A DNA stretch of 64,000 nucleotides from contig OZ024741.1 in the NCBI GenBank assembly GCA_964016885.1, forward strand, positions 99,448,001-99,512,000. The letters are read 5' to 3'. Source of the stretch: Eledone cirrhosa (lineage: Eukaryota). Under the pieces are notes generated by a model, which saw nothing but the letters and a program-made list of their open reading frames with translations, searched no databases and was not told the DNA's origin. Position numbers and translations under genes: made by a program. Shown one piece after another: positions 39,539 to 56,694 of this stretch. Positions within the stretch are counted from its first letter, which is position 1, and every line of letters starts with the position of its first letter.

Positions 39539-40330
39539 TCGTCTTTTCGTAAGTTTATAAAGAGTCAACTAAATTTAGATCTGATTCAGTATATAATTAT
39601 ACATCGGATATTAGGGAGTTTAAAGCTTTAGAGGCCGCATCACATCACAAAATCCCTCAACATTTATTACCTGTAAATATAGCTGTTCTAACAGCAAACA
39701 CTGATTTCTGTGGGACATTCTGTTTAGAAACCACAACTGCCTACAAACAGCAACATTGTATAGTGATGTAGGTACTACATATATGTATAGTAATGGGTAG
39801 ATATGATCGTTAGTGCATTGGACTAAATGCCTTGCGGTATTTCTGACGGTTCTTTACATTCTGAGTTCAAATCCCACCAAGGGGATTAATAAAATAAAGC
39901 ACTGGTCAAGTACTGAGGGTCGATATAATCGAATTTCCCCTTCTCCAAAGTTACTGGCTTTGTGCCAATGTCAGAAATAATTTTTTATGAGAGAGGTGGA
40001 TTGACAATTGTTAGAGCAGCAAACAAATGGTTAGCTGTATTTGTTCTGGCTCTTGAGGTTCTGGGTTCAAATCCCATCGAGGTCAATTTTACCTTTCATC
40101 CTTCCGAGGTCGATAAAATGAAGTATCAGTCAAATACTGGTGTCGATATCGACAGCTCCTCCCCACAATTGAATGGCCTTGTGCTTAACTTAGAAATCAT
40201 TATTATTGTCAGGGTGGTAGATTGGCCGTATCGGTGGAGCGTCCGACAACATTATTTACGGCATATAGTTGTCCCTTTACGTTCTTAGTTCAAATCCCTC
40301 ACAGGGTCTATAAAATAAAGTACCAATAAT

Positions 40331-40510
40331 TGTTTCTATGTTTGGCACAAGGCCAGCAAATACCCAGTGCATTACTGGTACTTTATTTTATCGACCCCGT
40401 AAGGATGAAAGGTAAAGTTAACCTTGGCGAGATTTGAACTCAGAATGGAAAGGGCCGTAACTCTAAGCATCAAAGCATGGCGTCCGACCCTCTACCGATA
40501 CTGCCAATCC
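40331..40510 (-). mobile_element. SINE A inserted antisense into another SINE A (40211-40605)
   Basis: 19-bp TSD AAAATAAAGTACCAATAAT at 40312-40330 and 40511-40529. Confidence 0.9.
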
Positions 40511-41014
40511 AAAATAAAGTACCAATAATGCACTGGGGTCGATTTGATCGACTTTTCCCTCCGACAAATATGTTGGTCTTGTGCCTAAATCAAAAACCAT
40601 TATTAATTTTATTGTTGTTTCTCTCTAAGATACTCACATAAGCGGATGAGCTCCTACCATGTGTTCTCCATTTTATTTTAGTCATAATGTATCTAGGACT
40701 ACAATGTTCAAACACAGTACAATGTAATTTGACAGAGATTTGGATACTATTTATAGCAGATTGAGAAACCACGTAAAGGCAACCCCGTTAGTTTGTTTTA
40801 ATAACTGTTTTCTATCGTTACATTTTTTTTTCACCCTTATAATTCATATCGAACTGTAAATACATTTACTACAAAATAATTTCATATAAGAAAATATTTC
40901 TAACTTTATTCTAATAGAATTATAGGATCATAATCTTTATGGAACAAACATTCCAGCTTAACAACTGCTAGATCACGTTTGTGTATGTGTGTGTATTTGT
41001 GTGTGTAGAGTGTG

Positions 41015-41049
<35 letters not shown>

Positions 41050-41051
<2 letters not shown>

Positions 41052-41235
41052 GTGTGTGAATGAAGTATTTCCGTCGGAAAGGTACAGGAAAAAAGAGTGC
41101 TCTATGTAGGCTACAGAGCTTATTAGTTATGTAATAAACAACATAAGATAATTATTTCATTTACCACTGGTTTCTTGAAGGCAGATGTTATGTCTTTCTT
41201 CAGTCATCAGAATGAATAAATAACATGGTGATTAT
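41050..41235. mobile_element. Hammerhead-bearing element (rearranged copy of 45370-45650)
   Basis: 41132-41232 matches 45375-45478 directly; 41055-41125 is the reverse complement of 45572-45643. (TA)n on both sides. Confidence 0.8.
41156..41216 (-). ncRNA. Hammerhead ribozyme motif
   Basis: TTCATT-CTGATGA-cTGAAG...CTTCAa-GAAA-CCAgTGG-TA-AATGAA. Confidence 0.8.
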
Positions 41236-41559
41236 ATATATATAATCCTTCACCATACATTCACTCTGTTGTAGCTATAAATTCTCTTGTCTACGACTCT
41301 TTGGACACCCACCACTCACGCACGCACACACACACGCACCCATCAAGTTTCAGATGTTCAAGCAATGCATCACCCGCAGAAATCTCACAAGTCTGGGAGC
41401 AATTCAACTGTCATAGAAACTCCCCTCACTCAATCCCCAACCCAAACCTCATACCCAATCTCATCTCTACAAATGATCTCATTAAAAAACCTTTCGCGCT
41501 AATTTAGCTGCCCGTAACTCAGAAGAATGGAAAATTACCCAAATACCTGGCTTTAATTG

Positions 41560-41750
41560 ACCACTTCCTTTTGGTGCCCTTTGCCATTAAAACCTGCCGT
41601 TTTCCTTCGCAAAATCAGGTGGAGAGATTCTCGCCCGATGATGAAGCCCCATGAGGTGGTATGGCTGGTGCAGCGAGTATCGTTGGCTGTTCTCCATGGT
41701 AATGATTTTACCATATTCTATGAATGTAACTCAGGTGTACCACTATGACA
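41560..41750 (+). mobile_element. 3' fragment of a CRE-like non-LTR retrotransposon
   Basis: LVPFAIKTC, then (frameshifted) WLVQRVSLAVLHGN; resembles the RLE C-terminus. Confidence 0.6.
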
Positions 41751-44371
41751 AGGGTTAAGAGTGTGCCCTCTGTTCTCACCTTCCATTTTTTTCTTTTAGT
41801 GTTTTCTTTATCCCCCTTCTTTTCTCTTCTTTTCTTTCTTCATGTTTATTATTTAAATTTGTTATTGTATACTTTTGTTTGTTACTAAGGTAAGGAGTGA
41901 ATATAGATTACTTTTTTTTATAAATCATTTAGGTGTATATTTTTGATTCAGAAAGAACGTTATGTTTAAAAGAAATGTTGGCTGTCATGAAGATATGGAG
42001 TTTCATGTATAAGCCTTTCACATTATGTATGAAATAATCGGTGACCTTGTGTAGTTCACCACCATTTTGTTTAGTCTTCTTGATATACACTTCATACGTG
42101 ATGTGTATACTAGAAAATCTGTGGTTCGGTTCTATGGAAGGAAATTCAATCCTCGTTTATAAACATCCTCAGATTATGTACTTTTAAATGATACTCTATA
42201 TTGGTGTGCCTATATTATCTACAAGTATGAATATATGTTCACTTTATTCACTGCACACAGCGATTGTGTGTATGTTTGTGAGCTTTCGTTATACAAACAT
42301 GGTACATTAACAAATCAACAATCAAATCACATTAAAATAATATAGATTTTCACATGCATACACACACATAAACATAAACGTGTTTGTATATGTTTATGTG
42401 TGTTTTCTGCTAGAACACGGTGTATATTTGAAGAGTTTAAGGTAAATCTAATGTAGATATAACTAAAGTTTTTGAATTAGAAGCCTTTGCTGAAAAAAAG
42501 AATGAAATGCTTGGTGTAAACACTTTCAACTACTTCTTCGTAAACAGAAAAACATAAGAGATTACCCTGATACATTTCAGATTCCGCCATCGTAAGAGGT
42601 TAACTACCCCTATGATTCTGTGAATTAAGGAATGTACTCTGGAACTGCTATATGTCATACAGAATATAAAAGATAACTGAATTGGTCAGTTTTATTTACT
42701 TGGTGTGCAAAAGTTTGTCGACATAATTATATATATATATATTTTTAATATCCTAGAATACAGCGATTATTTAAAGATTTCAATGTAAACCTTAGATATA
42801 ACTAAATACCGTTTGGGAATTAGAAGCTTCTGTTATGAAATAAATGATGTGTGAAATACAATTTCGATAGAAATACCACGAACGATACTTTAATTTCATC
42901 TCCCTAATGTTTACGAAAAATTCTGGTATCTCACAAAAGATATATTCAATATATAAATAGATGAGTTATCATACTTTCTTTGTTTAACCCTTTTTATATC
43001 AACCTGCTCCAAACCGCCTTTCGTTTCAAGAAACAACACCTCTTACTTTAAAGAGTTCAAATTATAAATTAAATCTTTCAATGTAATTTAATATAAGAAA
43101 CTTTTGTCAAGTTATGGTAAAAATAACATCTAAATAATTGTTTCTACTTTAGACACAAAGAAAGCAATTTAAAGTGGAGAGGAAAGTCGATTAAATCGAC
43201 CCCAGTACTCACTGGTGCTTTATTTAATCGACCCCGTAAGGATGAAAGGCGAAGCTAACCTTGGTGGGATTTGTACTCAGAATACCATCTAAATAATGAA
43301 ATAACTAATAATGTTAGTATATACTCCCATATTATTAATTAAATATAGTACTGAGAACACATACAGATCTGTTGCATGGCAAACTAAGATACAAACAATA
43401 CAAGTGGATGCAGCCTTAGTCAATCATAGCGACTATCTTTTCCAGACAACTTAACCTCGTATTCTTCAAATACATGTACATAGCAACGAGTTTGCTTCTA
43501 TATAGTTGTTAGATATGTTAGAAATAACAACCAAATCTCCTTCAAATGACATTCCATAGTCTTACCAATTGAAAAGAGACATTGAATAATATAATCCGAG
43601 CTACACCATATCTGCAGAGAGAAAAAACCGGATATTCACAGCTGGAATATCTTTGATCATACGTCTGCTTTATCAGAAGTTGACCTGAGGTTAAACAATA
43701 ACAGCAGCAACAACAATTTACCCAAAATATATTAAGCCTGCAGCTGTAATATGCCTTGTACTAGTTTTGAATCATTTAATTACATAACAATTGCCTCCAT
43801 CTTAACTATAATTTATCGATATCATTATAAATCAACACTTCTGAAACACAGTCGATCACTATACGACAAAAATGTTTCATACTGACCACCATTGAAATCA
43901 TAAATAAGGCATTGTTCTCTTGGGCTTATCATAAAAGTAGAGCTTTCAGACTATACATCAACAAAGTGTCAATAAAACTATTTCCACGAATCTAATATAA
44001 AAGATCACCTTAAAAGAATTTCTCTGAAAGTACATTCCAGATTATTCACCGCGAATGGTGGTAGTTTTCTCCCGGCCACATCATGGTAGTACACGTAGAG
44101 TCCATTCTTATCGCAACTACGTAATCATAAGAATTCTCAGTTCATCCCCCCCCCCCCTCACCACCACCACCACAGACGTATGGCCGCATATAGAAATTAC
44201 GTCATTCTTGGCTTTCTTCTTTCACATATATCTCTTCTGACCACTTTCCAACTACGCTACACAATAAACAGCGTCACATACTTTCCCCCTTGATATATCA
44301 TGCTGGGGAAATATTCTTTAAAGAACACCTACAGAAGTATCGTAGACCTGTGTGCGTGTATGTGTATCTAT

Positions 44372-44427
<56 letters not shown>

Positions 44428-44438
44428 AGAGAGAGACG

Positions 44439-44488
<50 letters not shown>

Positions 44489-44530
44489 TATAGATATACA
44501 TATACATATAGATAAACGTATGTATATATG

Positions 44531-44576
<46 letters not shown>

Positions 44577-44607
44577 TACACACATATATATATATATATA
44601 TACACAT

Positions 44608-44708
<101 letters not shown>

Positions 44709-44774
44709 CAAGGAGTGTAACGCGGAAGTACTCTAAATTCAGCCGGGTGAGCACTCCATGTTTAGGTTCACGTC

Positions 44775-44839
<65 letters not shown>

Positions 44840-45019
44840 ATAGCTTTCACCGTATTTTTGACTAAAGGAATTTTAGCTTGATAACGGGGTTTAGAACCCT
44901 CAGATAAATGGAAAAAGATGAGTATTGACGTATATATATGTATATATATACGCATGTATATGTATGTATAAGAAAGAGGGTATGGTAAGATACCAAGTGG
45001 ACCATAACGTACCAGAGTA

Positions 45020-45345
45020 CTCAATGCAATACTTTCCATGTCCAGTCTGCGTTGGCTGGCCATTGATGTAGGAGGAAGTTCGTTGCTGCTGCTCTTAGGT
45101 TACCTTCATTCCACGCTGTGGGTTCATCTGGGATCCAGGATAGCAGAGTGTCAAGGTGTTTCTGGAAAATGTCCACGTCCACCCCATGCAGATCTCTCAA
45201 AATAGGGAGCGCACAGGACAAAGACAATAGGGAAAAAATAACAGAAAGTTGGACAGTCCCATCTCCTCAGTCGACCTCTGGAAATCACTACGGCTTCGCG
45301 ATAGTTAAGGTCGAAACGTTCATTCCAGTGCACATTGGGACATAA
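45020..45345 (-). mobile_element. 3' fragment of a CR1-like LINE
   Basis: ALPILRDLHGVDVDIFQKHLDTLLSWIPDEP...RAAATN, typical of a CR1-group ORF2 C-terminus. Confidence 0.7.
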
Positions 45346-45398
45346 CATAACAAGTATATATATATATAGTTATATAATAAACAACATAAGATAATTAT

Positions 45399-45459
45399 TT
45401 CATTTACCAATGGTTTCTTGAAAGCAGATGCTAGATCTGTTTTCAATCGTCAGAATGAA
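45399..45459 (-). ncRNA. Hammerhead ribozyme motif
   Basis: TTCATT-CTGACGA-TTGAAA aCAGAT ctagc ATCTGc TTTCAA-GAAA-CCAtTGG-TA-AATGAA. Confidence 0.82.
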
Positions 45460-45643
45460 TTAAAAAAAACATGGTGTTTTTATTAAATATGGATTTGTAA
45501 ACAAAATTTAAGAAATATGAAAGTGAGGCTGAGAAAAAAACGGGCGAAAAAGGAGAGGGGGAAAAGAATAATAATAAGCTCTGTAGCCTACATAGAGCAC
45601 TCTTTATACCTGTACCTTTCCGACGGAAATACTTCATTCACAC

Positions 45644-45691
<48 letters not shown>

Positions 45692-46452
45692 TTAGTACAG
45701 CATCAACGAAGCTCTGGTTGCAACCAAGCTAACGAATTCAGTCTCGGGGTGCAGCTAAGCACTCAATAGGGTATATTACCCTAGAGTTATAACATTACGT
45801 TTAAACAGCTTTGCAAATCGAATACAGCGACCGATAGACGGGCCGCAGTGACCATAGCAACGAAAAAAAGTGAACTCAGGAAAAAATGTTTGACTAACCT
45901 GGACCATCGCGTCGATATCATACACAACACATAATATATACCATATAATATACGTCACATACAATATATAACATCTCCGCTAGGTTTCTGTATATATATA
46001 TATATATAATCAAACAAGATCCATTTTCATCACTGCATTCTTCCTATTCATCAAAGCTTGTATTAATTTATTAATTGATATTGTTGGAGTTATCTCACTT
46101 CCTTTGTGATTTTTATTTTATTTTACAGAATTTGTTAGAAATGATAATTCCCATGTTTTCAGGGGTTGGCTGGCTAGTTGGTAAAACTGCTTTCGTTTAT
46201 TAACAACTAAACATAAAGACAAACATATACAATGTACAAAATCTCACAATATCATGAAAAACCATTGACATTATATAAAAATTATTTAGCAGTATCTAAT
46301 AAAAACAAATCACGCCATTATGATGGAACAAAAAAAAAGAAGAAAAATGAAGAGATTGAACAGCTTCAAAGGAAGATTTTCTTTAAAATTGCAGGGATAA
46401 TCTCAATTGATGAGTTGGTGAAGTATTGTTGTGTGTTTTTCATATTTCCTTG

Positions 46453-46502
<50 letters not shown>

Positions 46503-46503
46503 A

Positions 46504-46609
<106 letters not shown>

Positions 46610-47104
46610 ATTGTAATATTTTTAATACAACCCACATAGGCCCACCTTGTGTGTGTGTGTGTGTGTGCGTGTGCGTTTGTGTGTGAGGTTGTGTGTCGGT
46701 GTTTCACCTGTCCTTTGAAGATCTTATGGAACAACGAAATCCCTAAATCTATCAGCACTTTAACAGTCTCATCCTCAGGATGCGGAGTGTTGTTGTTGTT
46801 GTTGTCGGCTTTGTTACTGGAATTTGAAATCTGCCGTTTGACCCTTTTAATTTATACGTCATCTGCCATATCACGTTTATGTGTTTATCTTAGCATTGTA
46901 TTGTGATATGTATACCATAGCCATAATTAACACTTATTCGAAGACTCACCATACACTTACTGTAAGAATTAGCACAAAATACAAGGTGGATAAGAAAATA
47001 TTAACAGAAAATACCGACATAATAAGAAAATAAGCTTTCTATTTATAGAATAAACCCCCACCCCACCCCACAAACACAGCCATGTCTTTAATATAATAAA
47101 TATG

Positions 47105-48960
<1,856 letters not shown>

Positions 48961-49993
48961 TATTTAGCTATTATGTGTAGGTGTGCATGTGCCTACTTAC
49001 GTAGGAGCTACGTGTGTGTATGATTGCCTTTATATTCACTCTTGCTGATTTGATTGGATTGCAACCAAATATTGTATTTCCGCTTCCGGTCTATTTTCGG
49101 ATTTGTTTGATTTGTGGTGCCGTTTTTTTCTTTCCTTATTGACGGGCGGCACGCCTTAGTTATTGATACAAGCTGTATCGATTACTTGGGACCCTACTTA
49201 GCATCACTACAATCAACAATGTTCACCTGCGCCGTTCCAACTGGCTGCCACGTAGACCGAATTGGCAGAGAACGTTAAAATATATAATGATGACTCAGGG
49301 TGTTTATTAAGAGTAAAAACATAAGGTAGACTATATCGAGGCTGGTATTAAAGTAGAGAAGCTTGTTGGTGTTGGTGGTGTGGCGGTGGTGGTGGTGGTG
49401 TGGTGGTGGTGTGTAATTTTTGTTTCTGATTAGAACTCATGTGTATGTCTGTCTGATTAACTTCTAACGTACAAACAAGACTTTTTTATTGGAATTTAGA
49501 CATCATCAACTAGGTAAATACATGTGTGTCTGTATGTGTGTGTGTGTGAGTGTGTGTGTGTGAGTGTGTGTGTGTATGTGTGTGTGTGGGGGGGGGGTGC
49601 AGGTATGGGTTTTATTGCATGTGTGGATCTATGTGCTTTGAGTTGTATGTATTTATGTTTCTGTTTATTTATGTATGTGTGTCTGTACGCACGTATGTAT
49701 GTATGTTCATGTATGTATGTTCATGTATGTATGTTTTCTTTGAGATTCAAGTTCATCTTCGCAGAAATCAAGCCGATCTCGGACAAAGTTAGTGCCTTAC
49801 CCTAAATTGTTTTTGTTTTTTTTATTCAAAAGAGATATGTTCAATCAAGCCTAGTGTTTATGTGAATCTCTTAATGTTCTGTCCGATTCATACACGGAAA
49901 CGATACCACATGGGCAGCTCATCCCAAATGACATCATCTTAGATGATATCAACAGATTTTCCACTCTCTATTAAGATATTGCATGTAGTACCA

Positions 49994-50189
49994 CAGACCT
50001 GTCAACTCTCCCTGTCGGACGGGGAGATCGCCCACACACTTTAGGGTGGGTGAGTGATATTTTTTCTTGTGAAAATGGGTATAGCTTTCATTATGTAAAA
50101 TCTCCCCATTTTGCCTCATTTCTCCCCGGTTGGGGGTACTTTTTTTCATGGTACTCCCCCGTTTGGGTTTTTAGAGGTTGGCAGGTCTG
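49994..50189. mobile_element. MITE
   Basis: TIRs CAGACCTGTCAAC / GTTGGCAGGTCTG; TSD unclear. Confidence 0.7.
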
Positions 50190-50399
50190 GTAACGTTACC
50201 TGGATTGAATCTAAAGCCTAGTACGGAATAATCTCTCCTAGCTCCAGAAAATAGCAAAACATCTCTAGCTCATACAGACTTATAAACTGACACTACAAAA
50301 TTATTTTCCTGGGATTCACCAGTTTCTTCAGTGGATAAATCGTTTGATGTTGAAATAATATAATTGTTTATAACCTTGTTTGTAAAAATTGCTTTGTTT

Positions 50400-51065
50400 C
50401 ATTTCATGGAAAGTTGCCAATCGACTCATATTTTATTTGTCAATATTTTCAATGAAAACACCTACTTGTTAATTCTCTTTAGAACATTGAAGTTCTTGAA
50501 GAATGAATGCATTATCTATGTCAAGGTTCATATTAGCCATGTAAGGCATTCTCAAGTGTGAATAATCATTCAAAGTGGATCCATTTAATTTTAAAATAAG
50601 TGTATACGTTTTTGTGTAGCGTTTTGTCATATGGAAGAAATAATTTCAGTTACCCCTATTATATTCATTTATCATCTATAAGTTCTTTTTCAAACGCTTT
50701 ACATAATTAATCATGCTTTGTAAGATTGCAAGTGAATAGAAAATTCTTCGTAGTTTATGTGATGTGAAAGAAACGAAAGCATCTTGCATTTTCTTAAAGT
50801 ATTCAATATTATCCTCTACTAAACCCATTTTTGATAGCTTCTTTATAAGTATCATAAATATCACCATTAACAATTCGCATATCAAATGATGTAGCTCTTG
50901 GATTATTATGCAATAAACCTCTCAGATAAAAACGCTCGTGAAACATAGTACTTACATGCAACGGTGTAGGTGGTAATTTTCCTCTCACTTCACAATAAAC
51001 TTGTTTCTATTCCATGTATAATGTTCTGGAAAATCCGAACAAATAGTACGTTTTGGAGAAGGCAA
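50400..51065 (-). pseudogene. Helitron Rep/helicase fragment (decayed)
   Basis: Frameshifted segments SDFPEHYTWN, ERFYLRGLLHNNPRATSFD-MRIVNGDIYDTYKEA, GLVEDNIEY...LRRIF and LKLNGSTLNDY...NAFILQEL match the linker between Helitron Rep and Pif1 helicase. Confidence 0.85.
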
Positions 51066-53095
51066 CCGATTCACGGTTATCTCTAATCTGCTCAGTTAGT
51101 CGTGTTATTTCTTTCGATAATCTGCTCAGGTAGTGTTGTTGTTTAGTCCCAGGTTAGCCCAATCTAGTTTTAATCACTCCTTTTTTTTAAGACGGAAGTG
51201 TGTGCTTTGAGAAAGATTTAGCTGTTATTTCTATTTGTTCCATCGACTTGATAGACGTTAATGACAGCTGATGCGCAGAGCTAAACACACTTCGCTACGC
51301 CATTCTCCCAAAATACTAGTAATTATATAGTTTTGGTAACTAGTATAGTAAATGTTACTTTAAACTAGATATGCATAACATGGTCCCAGTCAACCACTTG
51401 CGGTTCGTACCAAAGTTTTGGTCGTCTACAGCAGGTTCTGTGTCATACTCTGTTGCATAATGTAATTAAAAGTAAATTTATATTTGGTTGTCCAAGAAAT
51501 TTTCTTCGCGAATTTTGGAAACCATTCGCTGACAAAATGTTGTGCATCACTGCTTTAGAAGACAAAACAAGATAGGTACGCTGCTCCAATCGTGTCTTTC
51601 AGTTGTAATTTGGCTATAGACCAAATATTGTAGGTGTGTGCAAAGATATAACATTACATTATCAAAGCTACTGCTGCAGCTACTCTCTCTGTTCGTTCGA
51701 CAAGATCCCAGACCTCATTCGCTTGCCGAATGGGGCGGACCTCGTCAAATTGGACCAAGGAAACAATGTTTCCATTGGTCTTTCCATTTCTGTTACTATT
51801 TACTGGTCGCAACTCCTGGCAGAAGGAGCAACGTGAAATAAAGTGTCTTGCTCAAAGACATAACGCATTGCCCGGTCCAAAGATTGAACTCGCAACCACT
51901 TCACGATTGCGAATCCAATTCTCTAATTCCTAAGCCACGCGAGCCAATTGATTAAATTCTGCAAGGGCACAGGTCATGCTAGAAATAGTAGCCATATGTC
52001 CCTTGAAAAGGAAAAAGGAAAGATACATCAGAGTGGCCTTTGATGCAATGCCTAGAAAATAAGCGGAGTGGTCATGGATAGAAAAGAATTGATCGTAGGT
52101 ATGCTTGATCAGGACTGATCTTGTAGTTAAACAAGAACTACCTCTACAACAATTACCACTGCCGAAACTAATGCTAGTACAAGAATGGAATGATCCTCCG
52201 TTGGTTTCGATTATGAGTATTCCAGTTGTTCAACCAATGGAACAGACTGCTCGTAAAATTAACGATACATGTATGTACCGTTAATATAATTCTCAGGGTG
52301 ATTGTAACTGCTCTTTGGAATTAGATACAGTCATTCTGACAGGTTCTCAAACAGTTTCCATCTACCAAATTCCATTCACAAAATTTGGGTCGACCCGAGG
52401 CTATAGTAAAAGACACGTGTCCAAGATGCCGCGCAATGGGATCGAACCCGAGATTTTATAATTGCAAAGCAAACTTCTTAACCATTCGGACACGCTGCGT
52501 CCACTACACTACTAATATTACGTCTATGAAAAGCCTTAAGTGGTTATAGGAACAGCATGTTTATTGGACGTAAATGCTCTTTTCATTCTACGGCTACTTA
52601 TTAGTGATTCATGTAGTTGATATCAGTAGTGATAAATAAATATGTGGAGGTGATATCACAAGTGATAAATATTCGGTAGGTTATCGAAGCAGAAAACACT
52701 TTGTGTAAAGTCTGTCTGTCTACACACCCACCCACCATCACCACCACCCACCATCACCACCACCACCACCACCACCATCACCACTGTCAACTCCTTTATA
52801 TCTCCCTCTTTTATATATGTGTGATTTATATAGAATAAAGACACCGTAAAAAGTAGTTCTATATGCATGAAACTGTAGACACCACGAAGTCTACCACCAT
52901 TGTTTTCTGTTTAAATAATTAAGTAGTTTTACTTTCTTTTTTTTCTCCTTTCTCTTTTTATTCTCATAAAAAATATGCTTATCAAAAAACACTTCTCTGA
53001 TATACATTTGTATATATGAACATTCAGTCAACACACACAAACACATACACAAATACAAACACACACAAACACACGCAAACACACACAAACACACA

Positions 53096-53129
<34 letters not shown>

Positions 53130-56100
53130 TACATACAGGCATACACAATTGTACACATGTAAAGCACTGTCCTTTTGTTGGAAAATTAGTTCGTTTTAAC
53201 AAAACAAACAAAAAATTTTGTACTAACATGCTATCTTAAAGTTAATGTTTTCATTGTAAAATACAGATACATATTTAGCGCTTTTAGTGTATATTTTTGA
53301 ATGATAAATACAGAAATACATCAAGCTGAGGTGATAAATGACAGAAGAAGGGTCAATTACGTAAAAGATTCCTAACTGGCTGGGAACTTTTTTAGTTGTT
53401 GTTATTTAGCATCAGGTCAGATGTGATCGAGAAAATTTATAATCTGTCTTTCTGAATACGGGGGAAAAATTACATACATCATTATTCAAATATACAATTA
53501 CATAAAGCGTTAAAAATTGTGTGGAAGGCGGGGGCTGACACAAAACATGTTGGGATGAATAGAACAAAGTTATAGGGAAATGGATTCGAGTGGCATAGGA
53601 TACTATACAAAGAAACCTTTTTAAAATTAAGTGAATTTTAATGCCATTGTGCGATGCAAGCAGCGCGTTGAGCCGGTACTTATCCTGGTTTCATGGAGTG
53701 AAGTGTCTAAGAGTGCAGTCCATCGCAGGGTTAAATACCCAGCTATTGCTGGTACTCATTTTCAGTTGAGTATACTTGAACAACGTGAAATGATGTTTTG
53801 CTCAAGAACACAGCCGACAACTGAGCTCAGGAATTGAACCCACGACATTATGATCGTGAGTCCAACACCCTTACCACTAGGCCACGTGAATATAGAGACA
53901 TAATATATAACTATGAAGAAAACACTATAAATATAGCAAAGAAATATATTTTTAAAAAGTACATACATAAATATTTTGGTATTCGACTTACACACGAATG
54001 AGAACCTACTTAGAGCTACCATGCCCCTGCCTGTCTGCAACTATCCATACTGGGATCTGGTGCACCAAAATATGTCCGCTAACATCCTTTGTGTGGAACG
54101 TCTGAAAAAGGACCCTGCGTTCTCTCAATATCCTTGGTTTAGCCCATGATAAGTCTGGCATTATTTTTACCAAGAATTTGTTACTTAGGTGTTTGATACA
54201 TTCAAATACTATTTGTTTGTTTGCTATTAAAATATCTTGGCAACATCCTTTGCACCACATCATTGTCGTCGTCATCTAGGTGTGTTTTATACGACATTAC
54301 GTTGGGTTCACCCTTTCTTCACTGTTGGGTTCTCTTCCTCCTTTTCTCTCCAGTACTTTTCTATTCCACTTCGGCTACAATCCCATCCTCGTTGTCACAA
54401 GATGGAGTGTTGCTGTTGGTTGGAGAAAGAGGGTTTCCGCTGGTGGGTTTGGGAAAGAGTGAATGATACGGATTCTCCCAAGCCCACCCCGCAAAGTGGA
54501 AGTTGGTGCTGCTTGCTGGTGTAGATCACTAGTGTCTTCCATCTCCTATTCACTGTTACCACTGATCAGTCTTTGATATTGGGGGAAAATTAATCAGTTC
54601 CGGAGCTTCGACCTGTAGCATATTTTGAAACTTGTTCACGTCTTAGCTGCTGTTCCCATTCTTTGTAATGATTTTGTTTCTGTGGACAGGAAGCCCTTCA
54701 GTGGGTTTTGCTATCATGTGTCAGTCGATTATCTTAACCCCAGTACGAAATAAAATAAATTATTCGACTGATATTCTATTTTACCGACCCTTTGAAAGAT
54801 AAAATGTAAAATCGACTTCAGCAGGATTTGAATTCAGGAAACCATCAAGTGGACTTTTTTTTTTCCTACTACATATGTAACAAATTGTCTTCCTGGGCTC
54901 TGCACAAGTAATTTTATCTGATTCCTCTCCGAAACATAATAGTGAACAGCTCCGGAATGGTTTGATGGCATTCGAAGACCGTGGGAACTTATATGTCCAT
55001 TGAGAACCTACTTGACCTCATGTCAATACCTGCCCATATTGTGACACGAAGGTAATGACAAGGTCAAGGTCATTCGTCCCTCTTTAGAGTTAACCTCTAT
55101 ATATTTCTTGATTCTTGGTATTCTAGTTCATCGAACTCATGTGTATGTGTGAATTAGTTTACAGAATTCTTGACAGAGCGTTGTGTCCTTGAGCTACTCC
55201 ACTCAGCTGACAAAAATGAGTTGTGTTTGTAATTTTAAGGTCCAGTGTTGTCACAAACTGTCATGTTAAATTTCCCCAAGAATCAGGTTAGGGGTGCAAG
55301 TGTCAATACTTGCTCATACTGTGCCACGAAGAGAATGACAAGTCCTGACCCATCATTAGTGTTAACCTCTGTATATTTCTTGACTCTTGGCATTCTATTT
55401 CACCGAAGTCGGGAATGAAGACATATGAAGCCAATTTCGATGTGTTTTGAACTCGGTTCATCGAGTCAGAACAAATACTGCAGAGTTCTAAGTCTGACGC
55501 TTTCAGGCGTGGAAGAGGAGGATGAAGAGGAACCTGGTGCTGATTGTGATGTTAAAAATAAAAATAGAAATCTGTAATCCATAATAATATAATCTTTGGG
55601 CGAATTTGTTGTTGCTGATGTATTTTGGTTGGTTCTATTATTATTTTTTTGACTGATATTTGTTTGTTTTGTGTCTTGTGTTTTTGGTTGTTGTTTTGTT
55701 TTTTGTTTTTGTTTTTTGTTTTTGTTTTTCGATAAAAAAAAGTACTAAATATGTAGAAATGTTGAGGCAGGAATTATATTTAAAAAATACAAGGAAAGAA
55801 TGAAAACCATATTTTGTTGATGAAAAGTTCATTGCTTTTTTTTTTTTTTTTTTTAATCGAAATCGAAGTCAAAAATAGAATTGAGGCAGGGGAAGACGAA
55901 AGAAAAACGAAAGAAAAAGAAAAGGAAAACGGAACATATTTCAGACCTCAACTTCAATTCTTCGTTTAGAACATTGATTTATTGTAACGAAATTCTTTGA
56001 ACAATGTTACGTTGTTGTTGCTGCTGATGCTGTTGATTCTGTAGCTGCTTCTGTTGCTGCTCTTTTATATTGCTGTTGGTGTTGATGATGGTGTTCCTGC

Positions 56101-56133
56101 TGTTGCTGTTCTTTGTTACTGATGATTCTGTTG

Positions 56134-56193
<60 letters not shown>

Positions 56194-56651
56194 TGCTATG
56201 TGTATATGTGATCTAGTTTACAGAATTCTTGGCAGTGCGTTGTGTCCTTGAGCAAGACACTTTATTTCACGTTACCCTGCTCTACTCAACTGACAAAAAT
56301 GAGTTTTATATGTAATTTTAAGGTCCAGTCTTGTCCCGAACTGTGTCATGCTAAATTTCCCCGAGAATCAGGTGAAGGGTGCAAGTGTCTGGAATGCTCA
56401 ATCACTTGCACGTTAATTTCACAAGCAGATTGTTCTGTTGTTCGAACAACTAAAAGGCTCATCGTCTGAACGGACCGAGGTCCAACAACAAGTTTGCAGG
56501 ATTTATTCTGGCTCCATTCTAAGTAAATCTGATAACTAGTTGTAATCAGATTCACTTAAAATAGAAACATAACATAATATAAGGCATTCTACTTCCTGAA
56601 GTAGTCTGTATTTTTTTTTTTTTAAATAAAAACCATTGTTCTTACAAACAA

Positions 56652-56694
<43 letters not shown>

